The notes under the pieces: generated by a model
What the model saw: the letters and a program-made list of their open reading frames with translations, nothing else
What the model was told of the DNA's origin: nothing
Database searches by the model: none
Origin: an uncultured Pseudomonadales bacterium
GTDB lineage: Bacteria > Patescibacteriota > Microgenomatia > UBA1400 > UBA12108
DNA length: 64,000 nt
Assembly (NCBI GenBank): GCA_964655755.1
Contig: CAZZNJ010000001.1
Span: 53,250-117,249 of the forward strand
Direction: 5' to 3'
Made by a program: the position numbers and the translations under genes
In this document: one piece after another, positions 10,316 through 20,411 of the stretch
Layout: each line of letters starts with the position of its first letter
Numbering within the stretch: the first letter of the stretch is position 1

Positions 10316-12443
10316 AGTGTATCTGGTCCAGCGTATAACCCTCTACTCGTTGGCTCAAGCGCATAGGTAGGATATCGGTTATGGGACTCGCGTCTGTGTT
10401 ATCTGACCTGTACACAATATAGTCAGGCTTAAGTGAGCCTGACAGGATGGCATCACGTATCATCGGAAGAGTAAATGCCTGTGTAGGCATGATTATCCTA
10501 TTACGGTTAGTGATAAAGTAGGGAACCCTGTTGTCATAAAAAGCAAAAAGAATAGTTCTATCCTGCGGTATCGAATTGTTGATGAAATAAACTGTAGCAA
10601 AAAGATTCCGGTTGCTTGGATCGACATCTCCGTCAACCATCCTTTTTGATAGGGGTGAAAATAACGTCCGGAAGGTTCGTACGAAAGAGAAATTATTATT
10701 TACCAGAAATAGTGTTGGGAATACGAGGAAGATAAAAAGCACGAGTGAGAAAATTTTCTTTTTCCAATAGCGGAAGGTAAGAGCGATAGATATTCCTAAA
10801 AGCCCGAAGGAGAGAAGGAGGAGATTGAAGCTGGAGTAATAATAATTGAGCGGTTGAATAAAAGGCATAATCATCTGCGCGGACTGCACCAGATTATTTG
10901 ATGCAAATTCGCGTACTGATGGTATCAGGAAAAGTCCTCCTAGCGATCCCATCGGTATGATCGAAGGCTTTAATGCCTCGATGAGTTTTCTCCATACAGA
11001 CAGTTTGCCTGCGATCAGGATTACTACCATTGGTACGAGCATGAGTGTGTATTTCGGGCTGATAGAGAGCACATACGCATACTGGTGAGGATTGATTGAT
11101 AGAGGGTCTATCACCACGAAAAAATACACTAGTACGTACGTGAGAATGATTTTTTCGAGATCAGTATACGTCTGCCTTTTCTTTATGAGAAATCCAGCAA
11201 CCCAGATGATAAAAACGATTCCGAAATACTGAATCTGGGTGAATCCCTGCAACTTGCCTTTCACTATTAAATTTACGCGTGACTCGCTGAGAGTTAGCGC
11301 AACATTCGACTCGGTGGTGTATTCAGCTTTTCTCTGAAATCCGTAATTAACAAGTTCGTTTTGCCTCAGCTCTTGAGCTTTACTGTCAGCCTTGCTATTG
11401 GTAAAAAGTAGGGGGTTCAGGATGAACGATTTGATACCTGACCATGGTTCGAAGGCTCCGATTACTAATGTGACTGCTGCAACTGCTGCTGTGGCAAGAA
11501 TCCTTTTTCTCCATGCAATTTTGCCCCATATGAGGTAGGTGAGTCCGATCAAACCTGCTGTGATCGTACCGCTCCAGTTGATAAAAGTAGCGGTTCCAAG
11601 GAGAGCTCCCAGAACTACTAAGTAACGCCACTCTACGCGTGTATTCTGGCGCATACAATCTACGAAATATAAAGATATGAGCATGAGTACTGCGAGGATA
11701 ATCTCTTTGGCTCCGAAAATTGTGAGCCGTACGATATAAAAACTTGAGAGGAGGAGTGCTGCAGGGACGATAGAGGATTTGCCGGTCAGACCGAGCTGTG
11801 AGCCGCCGTACGTAACTGCTACGATGAGGAGGAGAAAATAATACAGATAGGTGAAATGGGTAAGGGTGATGATAGATGAGTTTGGTGGAGCGGTGAGCAT
11901 GTAAAGCGTATTGATCATGGGGATGCCTGGACGTATTCCTGCATTCATTATGTAATTGGATCCGTCAGCAGCGAAGGGGATGGGATTTGTCAGTCTCCAT
12001 AGCGCTCTGTCTTGGCTATACACATAGGACTGCTGGATATATTCGTAGATATCTCCCCATGTCGGAGGGAAGGCTGTCATTCGAAGTGTGGTGAACAGTG
12101 TGATGAAAATTACGAACAGCCCGCCTACTTTCGGGAAGTTTCTGCGTGGTATGTGTTTGATTCTGGCACCAACCATCGCGATGACGAGGGATATCTGGCG
12201 GCGGACAAAGATGAGTGGCGCAAAACAGATTCCTGCTATGACAGACAGATAATAGAAAGGAGGCATTCCAGGCGTGATGGCAAATAATGCATAGAGGATG
12301 AGTGCGGGGATGAATGGAGCAACGGCAAAGCTGCCCAGCAGAGACTGCCACGATTCCGGATTACGTGAATGGTTCCACACAAGAGTTCCCAAGACTATCG
12401 GTAGGTACACAAATAGGACAAGCCAAACTACAAATGCTCCCAT
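10308..12443 (-). CDS. large polytopic membrane protein, possible GT-C-type glycosyltransferase / polymerase
   Basis: 711 aa with more than 12 predicted hydrophobic helices and a C-terminal soluble domain. Sits within the glycan cluster. No specific motif recognised. Confidence 0.35.
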   Translation of the reverse strand: MGAFVVWLVLFVYLPIVLGTLVWNHSRNPESWQSLLGSFAVAPFIPALILYALFAITPGMPPFYYLSVIAGICFAPLIFVRRQISLVIAMVGARIKHIPRRNFPKVGGLFVIFITLFTTLRMTAFPPTWGDIYEYIQQSYVYSQDRALWRLTNPIPFAADGSNYIMNAGIRPGIPMINTLYMLTAPPNSSIITLTHFTYLYYFLLLIVAVTYGGSQLGLTGKSSIVPAALLLSSFYIVRLTIFGAKEIILAVLMLISLYFVDCMRQNTRVEWRYLVVLGALLGTATFINWSGTITAGLIGLTYLIWGKIAWRKRILATAAVAAVTLVIGAFEPWSGIKSFILNPLLFTNSKADSKAQELRQNELVNYGFQRKAEYTTESNVALTLSESRVNLIVKGKLQGFTQIQYFGIVFIIWVAGFLIKKRQTYTDLEKIILTYVLVYFFVVIDPLSINPHQYAYVLSISPKYTLMLVPMVVILIAGKLSVWRKLIEALKPSIIPMGSLGGLFLIPSVREFASNNLVQSAQMIMPFIQPLNYYYSSFNLLLLSFGLLGISIALTFRYWKKKIFSLVLFIFLVFPTLFLVNNNFSFVRTFRTLFSPLSKRMVDGDVDPSNRNLFATVYFINNSIPQDRTILFAFYDNRVPYFITNRNRIIMPTQAFTLPMIRDAILSGSLKPDYIVYRSDNTDASPITDILPMRLSQRVEGYTLDQIHYE

Positions 12444-12496
12444 ACACAGTATTATCTCTCTACGGAGGCAGTGTTACAATAATCTGTATCATTACG

Positions 12497-13609
12497 ATGA
12501 AATTTTTATTTGTCGATCACTATTATACGGAGTTCCTGCGGAATTTCGCGCGGTCGCATCCTGATTTGAATGATTCTTCGTACAGCGAGCACCACCAGTT
12601 GCTCATGGCTGAGAGATTTGGAACTGCCGATTTTTATTCTCAAACTCTGAATGCACTCGGGCATCCGTCTATTGATGTAGTTGTGAATGACACATCCCTT
12701 CAGGAGAAATGGGCTGCGGAACACGCAGTTCCGGCAAGCTCAGTTCCAATGCGTCTGCGTGACTATTTGCATTCTCAATCGTCTTTTTGGGCTGCGCGCA
12801 AAGCAACGGTCCGTGAGCAGCAGATACTTTATTCGCAGATTCTCGATTACAAGCCCGATATTTTATATATTCATAACTTGAGTTATCTTCCACAGAGTTT
12901 CCTGCGCACAGTCAAACCTCATGTCAGGCTCGTTGTAGGACAGGTTGCATCAGCTCTTCCCCCATTTCACAGCTTTAATGCATTCGATCTCATAATTACA
13001 TCTTTCCCTCATTTCATATCAGAATTCCGTAGACGCGGTGTCTCCGCTGAATATCTGCCGCTATGTTTTGAGCCCAGGGTGCTGAAAGACAAAAAGTACG
13101 ATAGGAATCTCCCGCTCACTTTTGTAGGATCATTTGCCGGTGTTCACAGTAGCTGGATCGATACGTTGACAGTAATCGCTTCCCGCTTTCCACTGAAGAT
13201 TTGGGGGTCTCCAAAAGACGCACTGCCGAAGCAACTACGGAAAAGCTACCAGGGTGAAGCATGGGGGAATGAAATGTACAGAGTCTTAGCGTCCAGCAGG
13301 ATTACGCTGAACAGACACAGTAGGACTGCAGATTTGTGGGCGAACAATATGCGTTTATTCGAAGCAACAGGCTGCGGCGCGCTACTCATGACCGATGCGC
13401 GTGCCAATCTCTCTCTTTTATTTGATACATATTCCGAGATTGTGATGTATTATTCGTCGGAAGACCTATTACGTAAAATCAAGTATTACAGTACACATCC
13501 CAAAGAGCGGGATAGGATCGCTCGCGCAGGTCAAAAGCGTACACTTTCTAGCCACACGTATAAGGTCAGAATGGTACAATTAATCGACATTATCGGGAGG
13601 TATATATGA
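12497..13609 (+). CDS. CgeB-like glycosyltransferase (GT-B, DUF3880/Glyco_trans_1_2 family)
   Basis: C-terminal LFEATGCGALLMTD...YYSSEDLLRKIKYY..HPKERDRIARAG matches the CgeB family. Start moved to the internal ATG (MKFLFVDHYY) because the upstream extension overlaps the divergent gene. Confidence 0.5.
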   Translation: MKFLFVDHYYTEFLRNFARSHPDLNDSSYSEHHQLLMAERFGTADFYSQTLNALGHPSIDVVVNDTSLQEKWAAEHAVPASSVPMRLRDYLHSQSSFWAARKATVREQQILYSQILDYKPDILYIHNLSYLPQSFLRTVKPHVRLVVGQVASALPPFHSFNAFDLIITSFPHFISEFRRRGVSAEYLPLCFEPRVLKDKKYDRNLPLTFVGSFAGVHSSWIDTLTVIASRFPLKIWGSPKDALPKQLRKSYQGEAWGNEMYRVLASSRITLNRHSRTADLWANNMRLFEATGCGALLMTDARANLSLLFDTYSEIVMYYSSEDLLRKIKYYSTHPKERDRIARAGQKRTLSSHTYKVRMVQLIDIIGRYI

Positions 13610-14373
13610 AACAATTCGGACAATACGCACAGTACTATGACGACATGTATAAAAACAAATCGTATGAAGAAGAAACTGACTTAATTGAAAGTGTCTTTAC
13701 GAAATTTTCGTCTATTCCAGTGAAAAAGGTTCTCAGCCTAGGCTGCGGGACAGGGACATACGAAATCCTAATGGCGAAACGAGGGTATGAAATCACCGGA
13801 GTTGATATCTCTGCTGAAATGCTCAAACAGGCTCGGGAAAAAATAGAGGCTGCGGGTTTCGCAGACAAAATAAAACTCGTCGAAGGTGATATCCGTTCTA
13901 TGTCCTTTTTAGGCAGTTTCGATGCTACCATCATGATGTTTAATATCGCCGGTTACATCCATACGCCGCAAGACCTGACCGCGGTCGCTTCGTCGGTGAG
14001 TTCGCAAATTCCTCAGGGTGGAGTCTTCCTCTTCGATGCATGGTACGGTCCTGCCGTAGTCTCCGATCCTCCTTTAGACAGGACGAAAGTAGTGGAAAAA
14101 GACGGAGCGAAAATCACCCGAGTGACCAGGGGCGTCTTAGATACAAGGAACAAATTAGTCAAAATCACGTTTGATATCACAGTAGTAAAAGATGGTAAGA
14201 CTAGCAACTCCGTGGTTGAAGAACATCCGATGCGATACTGGGATGTGGAGGAACTAGAACAGGCACTGAAAGCCGGCGGACTGTCCATGGTGAAAGCTAC
14301 CGCTTTTGACAACATCGATATGCCTGCAGATCAAGAACATTGGAACATGCAGGTCGTCTCAACCAAAATATGA
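13606..14373 (+). CDS. class I SAM-dependent methyltransferase
   Basis: VLSLGCGTGTYEILMAKRGYEITGVDIS motif I plus the post-I region. Confidence 0.65.
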   Translation: MKQFGQYAQYYDDMYKNKSYEEETDLIESVFTKFSSIPVKKVLSLGCGTGTYEILMAKRGYEITGVDISAEMLKQAREKIEAAGFADKIKLVEGDIRSMSFLGSFDATIMMFNIAGYIHTPQDLTAVASSVSSQIPQGGVFLFDAWYGPAVVSDPPLDRTKVVEKDGAKITRVTRGVLDTRNKLVKITFDITVVKDGKTSNSVVEEHPMRYWDVEELEQALKAGGLSMVKATAFDNIDMPADQEHWNMQVVSTKI

Positions 14374-15629
14374 AAATAGGTATTTATTTCACGGCAGCTC
14401 ACAAAAGTGGGGGTGTGTATCAGTATTCGCTAGCTTTCCTGAAAGCGCTCGCAGCTATTCCCGGCCATGAGTATGTCATCATTACGACCTCGGCTGAAAT
14501 ACCCGAACAATTTTTCCGTGATCCTCGTTTCCAGGTTGTAAATTTGGCAGGAGGTTTGCAGGCTGCTTTCGAAGCGCGCAGGAATTTCCTCGCAAACGAA
14601 CTGGGGAAAGTGGTAAGTGTTGCGATGAATATGATTTACCGTCTCAATGCTTTCTATCTCATTGAACTACTGATGAGGTTTTCGCAAAGAGATGTGCTAC
14701 GTACTATACGTGCGCTCAAATTAGACCTTCTTATATTTCCTGCCGGCACAGATCTTTCATATATAGTCGACGTGCCGACTGTGGTCGCTGTCCATGACCT
14801 ACAGCATAGGCTGAATCCTCAGTTTCCCGAAGTATCAGCAGGAGGGAGATATGAATATCGCGAGAATTACTACAGCAAAGCGTGTGCCAGGTCAGTCCGC
14901 ATACTAGTCGACTCACATATAGGCAAAGAAGACGTAATAGCATGCTATCCGGAGGTTCCTCAAGATAAGGTGATCAGCCTGCCTTTCTTGCCACCTCCTT
15001 ACCTCAATCCCCGTATGACCGCTGCGAAAGCTGAGGACTTACTGAAAAAATACAACATAAAATCACCATTCGTATTCTACCCGGCTCAGTTCTGGCCACA
15101 TAAGAATCATTTGCGTCTCGTGCAAGCTATCAAAAACCTACATGAGAAAGGACAAAATATTACCCTAGTGTTAACTGGCTCAACTTCAGTTGATTTCAGT
15201 ACATACAGTGAAATTGTTGCCTTTGCAAAGAAGAGTGGTATTAGAAAATACGTAAAATACCTTGGCTATGTAGATAATGATGTGGTGTCAGCACTTTACA
15301 AAAAAGCAGAAGCCCTAATCATGCCTACATTTTTTGGTCCAACTAATATACCTATCCTTGAGGCTTGGTTAATGGGTACTCCAGTAATAACCTCTGATAT
15401 TCGTGGATGTAAAGACCAGTTGGGGTCAGCGGGATTACTTGCCGACCCGTTTTCATCATATTCTATATCACAGGCTTTAGCGAAAGTGCTTAACGATAAA
15501 AATCTACGTAGGAGCATAATCGAAGCCGGTCACAGACGTATTAAGGAATGGACTTATAGCGATTTTTCCAAGATCGTTGAAGACATGATAAAATCAATTG
15601 AATATGGAAATAAAAGAAATAAGACATGA
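14370..15629 (+). CDS. glycosyltransferase family 4 (GT-B)
   Basis: FFGPTNIPILEAWLMGTPVITSD motif. The ATG overlaps the upstream stop (ATGA). Confidence 0.65.
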   Translation: MKIGIYFTAAHKSGGVYQYSLAFLKALAAIPGHEYVIITTSAEIPEQFFRDPRFQVVNLAGGLQAAFEARRNFLANELGKVVSVAMNMIYRLNAFYLIELLMRFSQRDVLRTIRALKLDLLIFPAGTDLSYIVDVPTVVAVHDLQHRLNPQFPEVSAGGRYEYRENYYSKACARSVRILVDSHIGKEDVIACYPEVPQDKVISLPFLPPPYLNPRMTAAKAEDLLKKYNIKSPFVFYPAQFWPHKNHLRLVQAIKNLHEKGQNITLVLTGSTSVDFSTYSEIVAFAKKSGIRKYVKYLGYVDNDVVSALYKKAEALIMPTFFGPTNIPILEAWLMGTPVITSDIRGCKDQLGSAGLLADPFSSYSISQALAKVLNDKNLRRSIIEAGHRRIKEWTYSDFSKIVEDMIKSIEYGNKRNKT

Positions 15630-16017
15630 AGGTCAAGTATTAGCTTTAGTCTTTTCACATAAAATTAAATCCGAGGGTGTTCGCTTTCTTACGCCCAATG
15701 ATTACACTCTTCAACTAGGTTTGCTTGAACACCCAGCGGGGAGATGCATTAAAGAGCATATCCATAACCCAGACATTAAATACAAAGTCGATACAACACA
15801 GGAGTTTTTATATATTGAAAAAGGAAAAGTTAAAGCAAGCATTTACTCTAACAACTTTGATCTGATCACTGAGATCATTCTTGAGCCAGGAGATTTTATG
15901 CTCCATATCTCTGGAGGACACGGTTTTGAGATACTAGAAGACAGTAGGATAATCGAGATCAAGCAAGGGCCCTACCCCGGACCTGAACACGTTAAATTGT
16001 ATAGGGATACACAATGA
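15598..16017 (+). CDS. WxcM/FdtA-like cupin (dTDP-4-keto-6-deoxyhexose 3,4-ketoisomerase family)
   Basis: ~139-aa cupin with H-x-H (KEHIHN) directly upstream of a DegT aminotransferase. This mirrors the FdtA-FdtB arrangement. Confidence 0.5.
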   Translation: MNMEIKEIRHEGQVLALVFSHKIKSEGVRFLTPNDYTLQLGLLEHPAGRCIKEHIHNPDIKYKVDTTQEFLYIEKGKVKASIYSNNFDLITEIILEPGDFMLHISGGHGFEILEDSRIIEIKQGPYPGPEHVKLYRDTQ

Positions 16018-17129
16018 TACCTGTTAATGAGCCAGTTGTTTCAAAAGAGGCAGCAGCTAATGTTCTAGCAGCCTTGAAATCAGGATGGTTATCATCTGCA
16101 GGGCCATATGTAAGACAATTTGAAGATGACTTTGCACATTATTTAGGTGTAAAACACGCAATAACAGTCAACACAGGTACTGCTGCGCTTCACGTAGCGC
16201 TACTATCAGCAGGAATAGGTAAGGGCGACGAAGTTCTAGTGCCTGCATTTACCATGGCGGCAACTTGGCTAGCCGTTATTTATACTGGCGCCATTCCTGT
16301 ATTCATCGATGTTGATCCCTTGACATATAACATCAACCCTTCATTAATAAAATCAAAAATTACATCCAAAACTAAAGCCATTATCCCTGTTCATATTTAT
16401 GGACATCCAGTAGAGATGGACAAAATTATGACAATCGCAGCGAAGTATAAACTATTAGTTATTGAAGATGCTGCAGAAGCACATGGTGCGACGTACAAAT
16501 CTAGAAAAGTTGGTGGCATTGGACACATAGGGTGCTTTAGTTTTTATGCAAATAAATTAATTACAACTGGCGAAGGAGGGATGGTTGTCACGAATGATGA
16601 TAATATTGCGAAAGAAGTTAGAAAATACAAGGATTTATATCATTCACCAGCCAAAAGATTCATTCATGAAAAAGTTGGTTACAACTATCGCATGACAAAC
16701 CTACAGGCAGCAGTGGGTGTGGGGGAGTTAATACATATCGAAGAATATATTGACAAAAAAAAGAAGATGGCAGAGTTGTATGATTCAAAACTATCCAAAA
16801 TTCCAGGAATAATCACTCCCACAGTATTAGATGATGTAAGTTGTGTGTTTTGGATGTATGCAATTAGAGTAGATGAAGAAAAGTTTGGTATAAACAAAGA
16901 TAAATTACGAGTCGAGCTTCAAAATCAGGGAGTGGAAACGAGAGATTTTTTTTATCCTCCTACTGTCCAGCCAGTGCTTAGTGACTATGTGGGTAATCAT
17001 TCAAAGTTTCCTGTAACAGATAAAATCGCAACGAGTGGACTATATCTACCTTCTGGACTAGCCTTGACAGAAGCGCAAATTAACAAGGTGTGTGATGCTA
17101 TTAGAATTATTCACAAATCAAATTATTGA
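16014..17129 (+). CDS. DegT/DnrJ/EryC1/StrS-family PLP-dependent sugar aminotransferase
   Basis: Conserved NYRMTNLQAA, DAAEAHGA and the FSFYANK lysine region. Confidence 0.85.
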   Translation: MIPVNEPVVSKEAAANVLAALKSGWLSSAGPYVRQFEDDFAHYLGVKHAITVNTGTAALHVALLSAGIGKGDEVLVPAFTMAATWLAVIYTGAIPVFIDVDPLTYNINPSLIKSKITSKTKAIIPVHIYGHPVEMDKIMTIAAKYKLLVIEDAAEAHGATYKSRKVGGIGHIGCFSFYANKLITTGEGGMVVTNDDNIAKEVRKYKDLYHSPAKRFIHEKVGYNYRMTNLQAAVGVGELIHIEEYIDKKKKMAELYDSKLSKIPGIITPTVLDDVSCVFWMYAIRVDEEKFGINKDKLRVELQNQGVETRDFFYPPTVQPVLSDYVGNHSKFPVTDKIATSGLYLPSGLALTEAQINKVCDAIRIIHKSNY

Positions 17130-18110
17130 ATGAATAAGCGGGATATCTTAGTTACAGGCGGGTGTGGATATATCGGTAGTCATGTCGTCAAAGCTCTGGG
17201 TGACGCGGGGGAATCTGTAGTAGTGTTTGATAACCTCTCACAAGGTAGTGCTGACTCGCTGCTACTTGGTGAACAACTGGTCGTTGGTGATATTCGAGAT
17301 AAGACAAAACTAGAAGAAGTATTTGCTAATCACAGCATAGAGACTGTCATCCATTTATCCGCCCTCGTCAATGCCGCTGAGAGTGTGGCAAAAGCCAAAG
17401 AGTATCAGCAAGTCAATGCGCTGGGATCGAAAAATGTCTGGGAGTTGGCAAAAAAATATAATGTCAAACATTGTCTCTATGCTAGTTCTGCAGCGGTATA
17501 CGGAAATTTAGATACTAGGTCTGCAATTAGCGAAGATTATCCTACCAGTCCTAGTAATCCTTATGGAGAAACCAAGCTCGCCGGCGAGCAATCTCTCCAA
17601 GAGATAATGTCTAAAGAAGTTGGCAACTATTTGATCTTCCGTTTCTTTAATGTAGGGGGATCCGAGTCCACGAGCAAGCTAGGTCAAAGTCTCGCGAGTC
17701 GCGCCATCATGCTGCGGCTCTACCACGCTGCTCTCAGTGGTCAAGAGATCACTATCAGTGGTGCCGATTACGACACCATTGATGGTACAGTTATGCGGGA
17801 CTTTGTCCATGTCGAAGATATTGTTCGTGCAATGACTTTGGGTCTAGAATACTTGCGAAAGAACGGTAAATCAGATGTATTAAATTTGGGCAGTGGTACC
17901 GTACACTCGGTTAAGCAAGTTATTAATGAAGTCGAAAAAAGTGCCGGGAAGTCTCTGAATATAGTTTACGGTCCACCCAATCCCGGCGATATTACTTACT
18001 CTTTAGCTGATATTAGTCGCGCAAGGCAGGTTTTGGGTTGGGAGCCAAAAAAATCTTTTGCTGAGATAATAAGTAGTGGTTATCATAGCTATCGGAGCAG
18101 ATATGTCTAA
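17130..18110 (+). CDS. galE: NAD-dependent sugar epimerase, UDP-glucose 4-epimerase (GalE) family
   Basis: Rossmann motif VTGGCGYIGSH, YASSAAVYG and the catalytic YGETK. Confidence 0.7.
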   Translation: MNKRDILVTGGCGYIGSHVVKALGDAGESVVVFDNLSQGSADSLLLGEQLVVGDIRDKTKLEEVFANHSIETVIHLSALVNAAESVAKAKEYQQVNALGSKNVWELAKKYNVKHCLYASSAAVYGNLDTRSAISEDYPTSPSNPYGETKLAGEQSLQEIMSKEVGNYLIFRFFNVGGSESTSKLGQSLASRAIMLRLYHAALSGQEITISGADYDTIDGTVMRDFVHVEDIVRAMTLGLEYLRKNGKSDVLNLGSGTVHSVKQVINEVEKSAGKSLNIVYGPPNPGDITYSLADISRARQVLGWEPKKSFAEIISSGYHSYRSRYV

Positions 18111-19704
18111 ACTCTTCATTATTACGCTCACTCTTATCATTGGTTTTTGGTCGCTACTTACCCCTATTTTTGAGTTCCCCGATGAGCAGGCCCACATTGG
18201 TACCGTTAGTTTTTTGTCTAAAGAGGGCCGCATCCCTGTCGGTCCTGAGCTCGACATGACCATCGAGATGGCCGAGACTCAAAAGCTACTTGGAGTATTC
18301 CGCAATCATTTGGGCCAAAACAGCTATACCTACCACCCCGAACACCATGTGTCATATAGCGAAACGTACATGGGGTTAGAAGAAGCTCAGATTATGTCGC
18401 TCAATACCCCTGATCTCAGGAGTAGCTACGTCGCCACCGAAGCCGCACGTTACCCCCGCCTATATTATGACTATCTCCACTTCTGGCATGACCTAGTAGG
18501 TGAGTCCGACATCATGGTTCGCTCTTTTGCTATGCGGTTAGCAGGATTGCTCTTTGTTGGTTTAACAGCTATCGTCCTCTACCGCCTCGGCCTGCAGCTC
18601 TTTGGTAGCCAGCTCTCTGCTCTCATTTTGACCATGTTAGTCCTCCTCCAGCCTATGTATAGCTTTCTTTCTGCCGGAGTCAACTCGGACAATCTCCATA
18701 ACCTGCTTTTTGCAGTCCTGATCTATCTAGGGCTACAAATTACGAGGGTTGGCTTAAAGCCAAACTTGCTCCTAGGCTCAGCACTCATCATTGCTCTAGA
18801 TATCGCCACCAAGCCACAGGGATATCTCGGAGTTATCGTCATTGTACTCGCTATCATGACTCACATTATTAGCACTCGCCAATGGCATAAAATAATCTGG
18901 CTGGGTGTAATTGCCCTCATTGGCTTTTTTGTCATTTTCCATCAAGCCAATCCTTATCGTAGCTGGATCATTACCCCCAATCAATCCGGCTCATCGCTCA
19001 CTGACTTTGTTTCTTTTTCGTTCAACAAGCTAGTAGCCCAAAATATTGTCTGGTACTGGGGAGTCTTTAAATGGCTGGGGATCGTGCTCCCTCCTATCTA
19101 CTGGCAAATCGCCAATCGTCTCGTTGTCATCGCTGGGATCGGGTTGATGGTGTATCTCTACCGCTTTATCAAAAAACAAGCTGTCGTCACTCCACCCCCT
19201 GCAACTGTTTTTCTCTTCCTTACTAGTTTGGTCTATGCACTAGCAATCTACTATTTTGATTATCAGTATGTCCGGACGGTTGGCTACTCTATCGGCGTTC
19301 AGGCTCGCTACCTTTTCCCCACCATCTCCGCCCACATGGCCTTACTCATGATCGGCATCCTCTCGCTTGCTAACAGTCAAAAAGTGCAGGGGTGGCTGCT
19401 GCGCGGTCTAGGCATCTTTATTATATGGATGCAACTCGGGGGGATCTGGCGTTTGATTACCAGTTATTATGACGTGGCTTCAATACAACTCTTTATCACT
19501 CAGGCGAGCCAGTATAAGCCTGCATATGCCAAAGGGGAGTGGTGGTATTTGTGGATATCGCTCTACGTGCTTAGTCTGGTCTACCTCACCTGGACCACGC
19601 TCACTAAACCCCTAGGTCATACCGAGCCGAGGGTGGGGGAGTCTGCCCCGAATTCTGGTAAACCCCAAAAATATGGGCGGAAAAAATCGAAGGGAATCGC
19701 GTAG
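18103..19704 (+). CDS. polytopic membrane protein (DUF2142/GT-C-like), hypothetical
   Basis: ~530 aa, 10+ hydrophobic helices. Start at the ATG overlapping the galE stop. The 3' end overlaps the convergent gene by ~100 nt. Confidence 0.35.
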   Translation: MSKLFIITLTLIIGFWSLLTPIFEFPDEQAHIGTVSFLSKEGRIPVGPELDMTIEMAETQKLLGVFRNHLGQNSYTYHPEHHVSYSETYMGLEEAQIMSLNTPDLRSSYVATEAARYPRLYYDYLHFWHDLVGESDIMVRSFAMRLAGLLFVGLTAIVLYRLGLQLFGSQLSALILTMLVLLQPMYSFLSAGVNSDNLHNLLFAVLIYLGLQITRVGLKPNLLLGSALIIALDIATKPQGYLGVIVIVLAIMTHIISTRQWHKIIWLGVIALIGFFVIFHQANPYRSWIITPNQSGSSLTDFVSFSFNKLVAQNIVWYWGVFKWLGIVLPPIYWQIANRLVVIAGIGLMVYLYRFIKKQAVVTPPPATVFLFLTSLVYALAIYYFDYQYVRTVGYSIGVQARYLFPTISAHMALLMIGILSLANSQKVQGWLLRGLGIFIIWMQLGGIWRLITSYYDVASIQLFITQASQYKPAYAKGEWWYLWISLYVLSLVYLTWTTLTKPLGHTEPRVGESAPNSGKPQKYGRKKSKGIA

Positions 19705-20377
19705 TCAGTGGCTCACTGAGGGTCACAAACAGATCAAATAATACTTTTTTGATTCCTGTCTTAAATGCGTAATTGTCGAGTCTGCCACCTTTGAGGGTAT
19801 GGAGTCGGTACTTTAGTCTCCTGGCAATCTGCTTCACCTCGTAAAAAGTAAACTGGTGGGTGTGCCCCCACGGCCCAAAAGCAGTCGAAACAAACAGTTT
19901 TTGGGGTAAAAATGTGAGCAAGATCCCATTAAGGAACCACCCGGCATTGGGCATACAAAAATATATTTTCCCCTTGGGACTTAGTTTCTTTTTGAGCTCA
20001 AACAGGACTGATTGTGGGGAAAACAAGTGCTCCAAAACATCAGAGATAATAATCGCGTCAAACACGCCCCGGTAGGGGATAGACTCACGTTCGATATCAC
20101 ACTCCCGATACTTTATCTTGGTCCCCACCAGACTGGTTTTGGCCCATTCTTGGATATCGACCCCATGTAGATTTTTGTAACCCCGGCGCTCTAGCTCCCG
20201 TAGGATCGTGCCATCAGAGCAGCCAATATCTAGGACTCGATCACTCGGTTTACTATTATTTAGCACCATCCCAAGCACTATCTTGTGCTTGTTAATCATC
20301 ACATTCTCACTGTTATCATTAGCTCTAAATGCTGCTACCTGAGCATCCACAAACTCTTTTTGAGGCGACTTTTTCAT
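19604..20377 (-). CDS. class I SAM-dependent methyltransferase
   Basis: VLDIGCSDGTILREL motif I and DVLEHL motif. Confidence 0.65.
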   Translation of the reverse strand: MKKSPQKEFVDAQVAAFRANDNSENVMINKHKIVLGMVLNNSKPSDRVLDIGCSDGTILRELERRGYKNLHGVDIQEWAKTSLVGTKIKYRECDIERESIPYRGVFDAIIISDVLEHLFSPQSVLFELKKKLSPKGKIYFCMPNAGWFLNGILLTFLPQKLFVSTAFGPWGHTHQFTFYEVKQIARRLKYRLHTLKGGRLDNYAFKTGIKKVLFDLFVTLSEPLTTRFPSIFSAHIFGVYQNSGQTPPPSARYDLGV

Positions 20378-20411
20378 GATCCTATTATATAACCTATACT
20401 AAAGGGTAGTT

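Noticed and set aside
12314-12496. Long N-terminal extension of the CgeB-like ORF (track start 12314) overlapping the divergent membrane-protein gene
   Set aside because: The extension has no SD and runs antisense through the 5' end of gene 10308-12443. The internal ATG at 12497 gives a sensible divergent arrangement.
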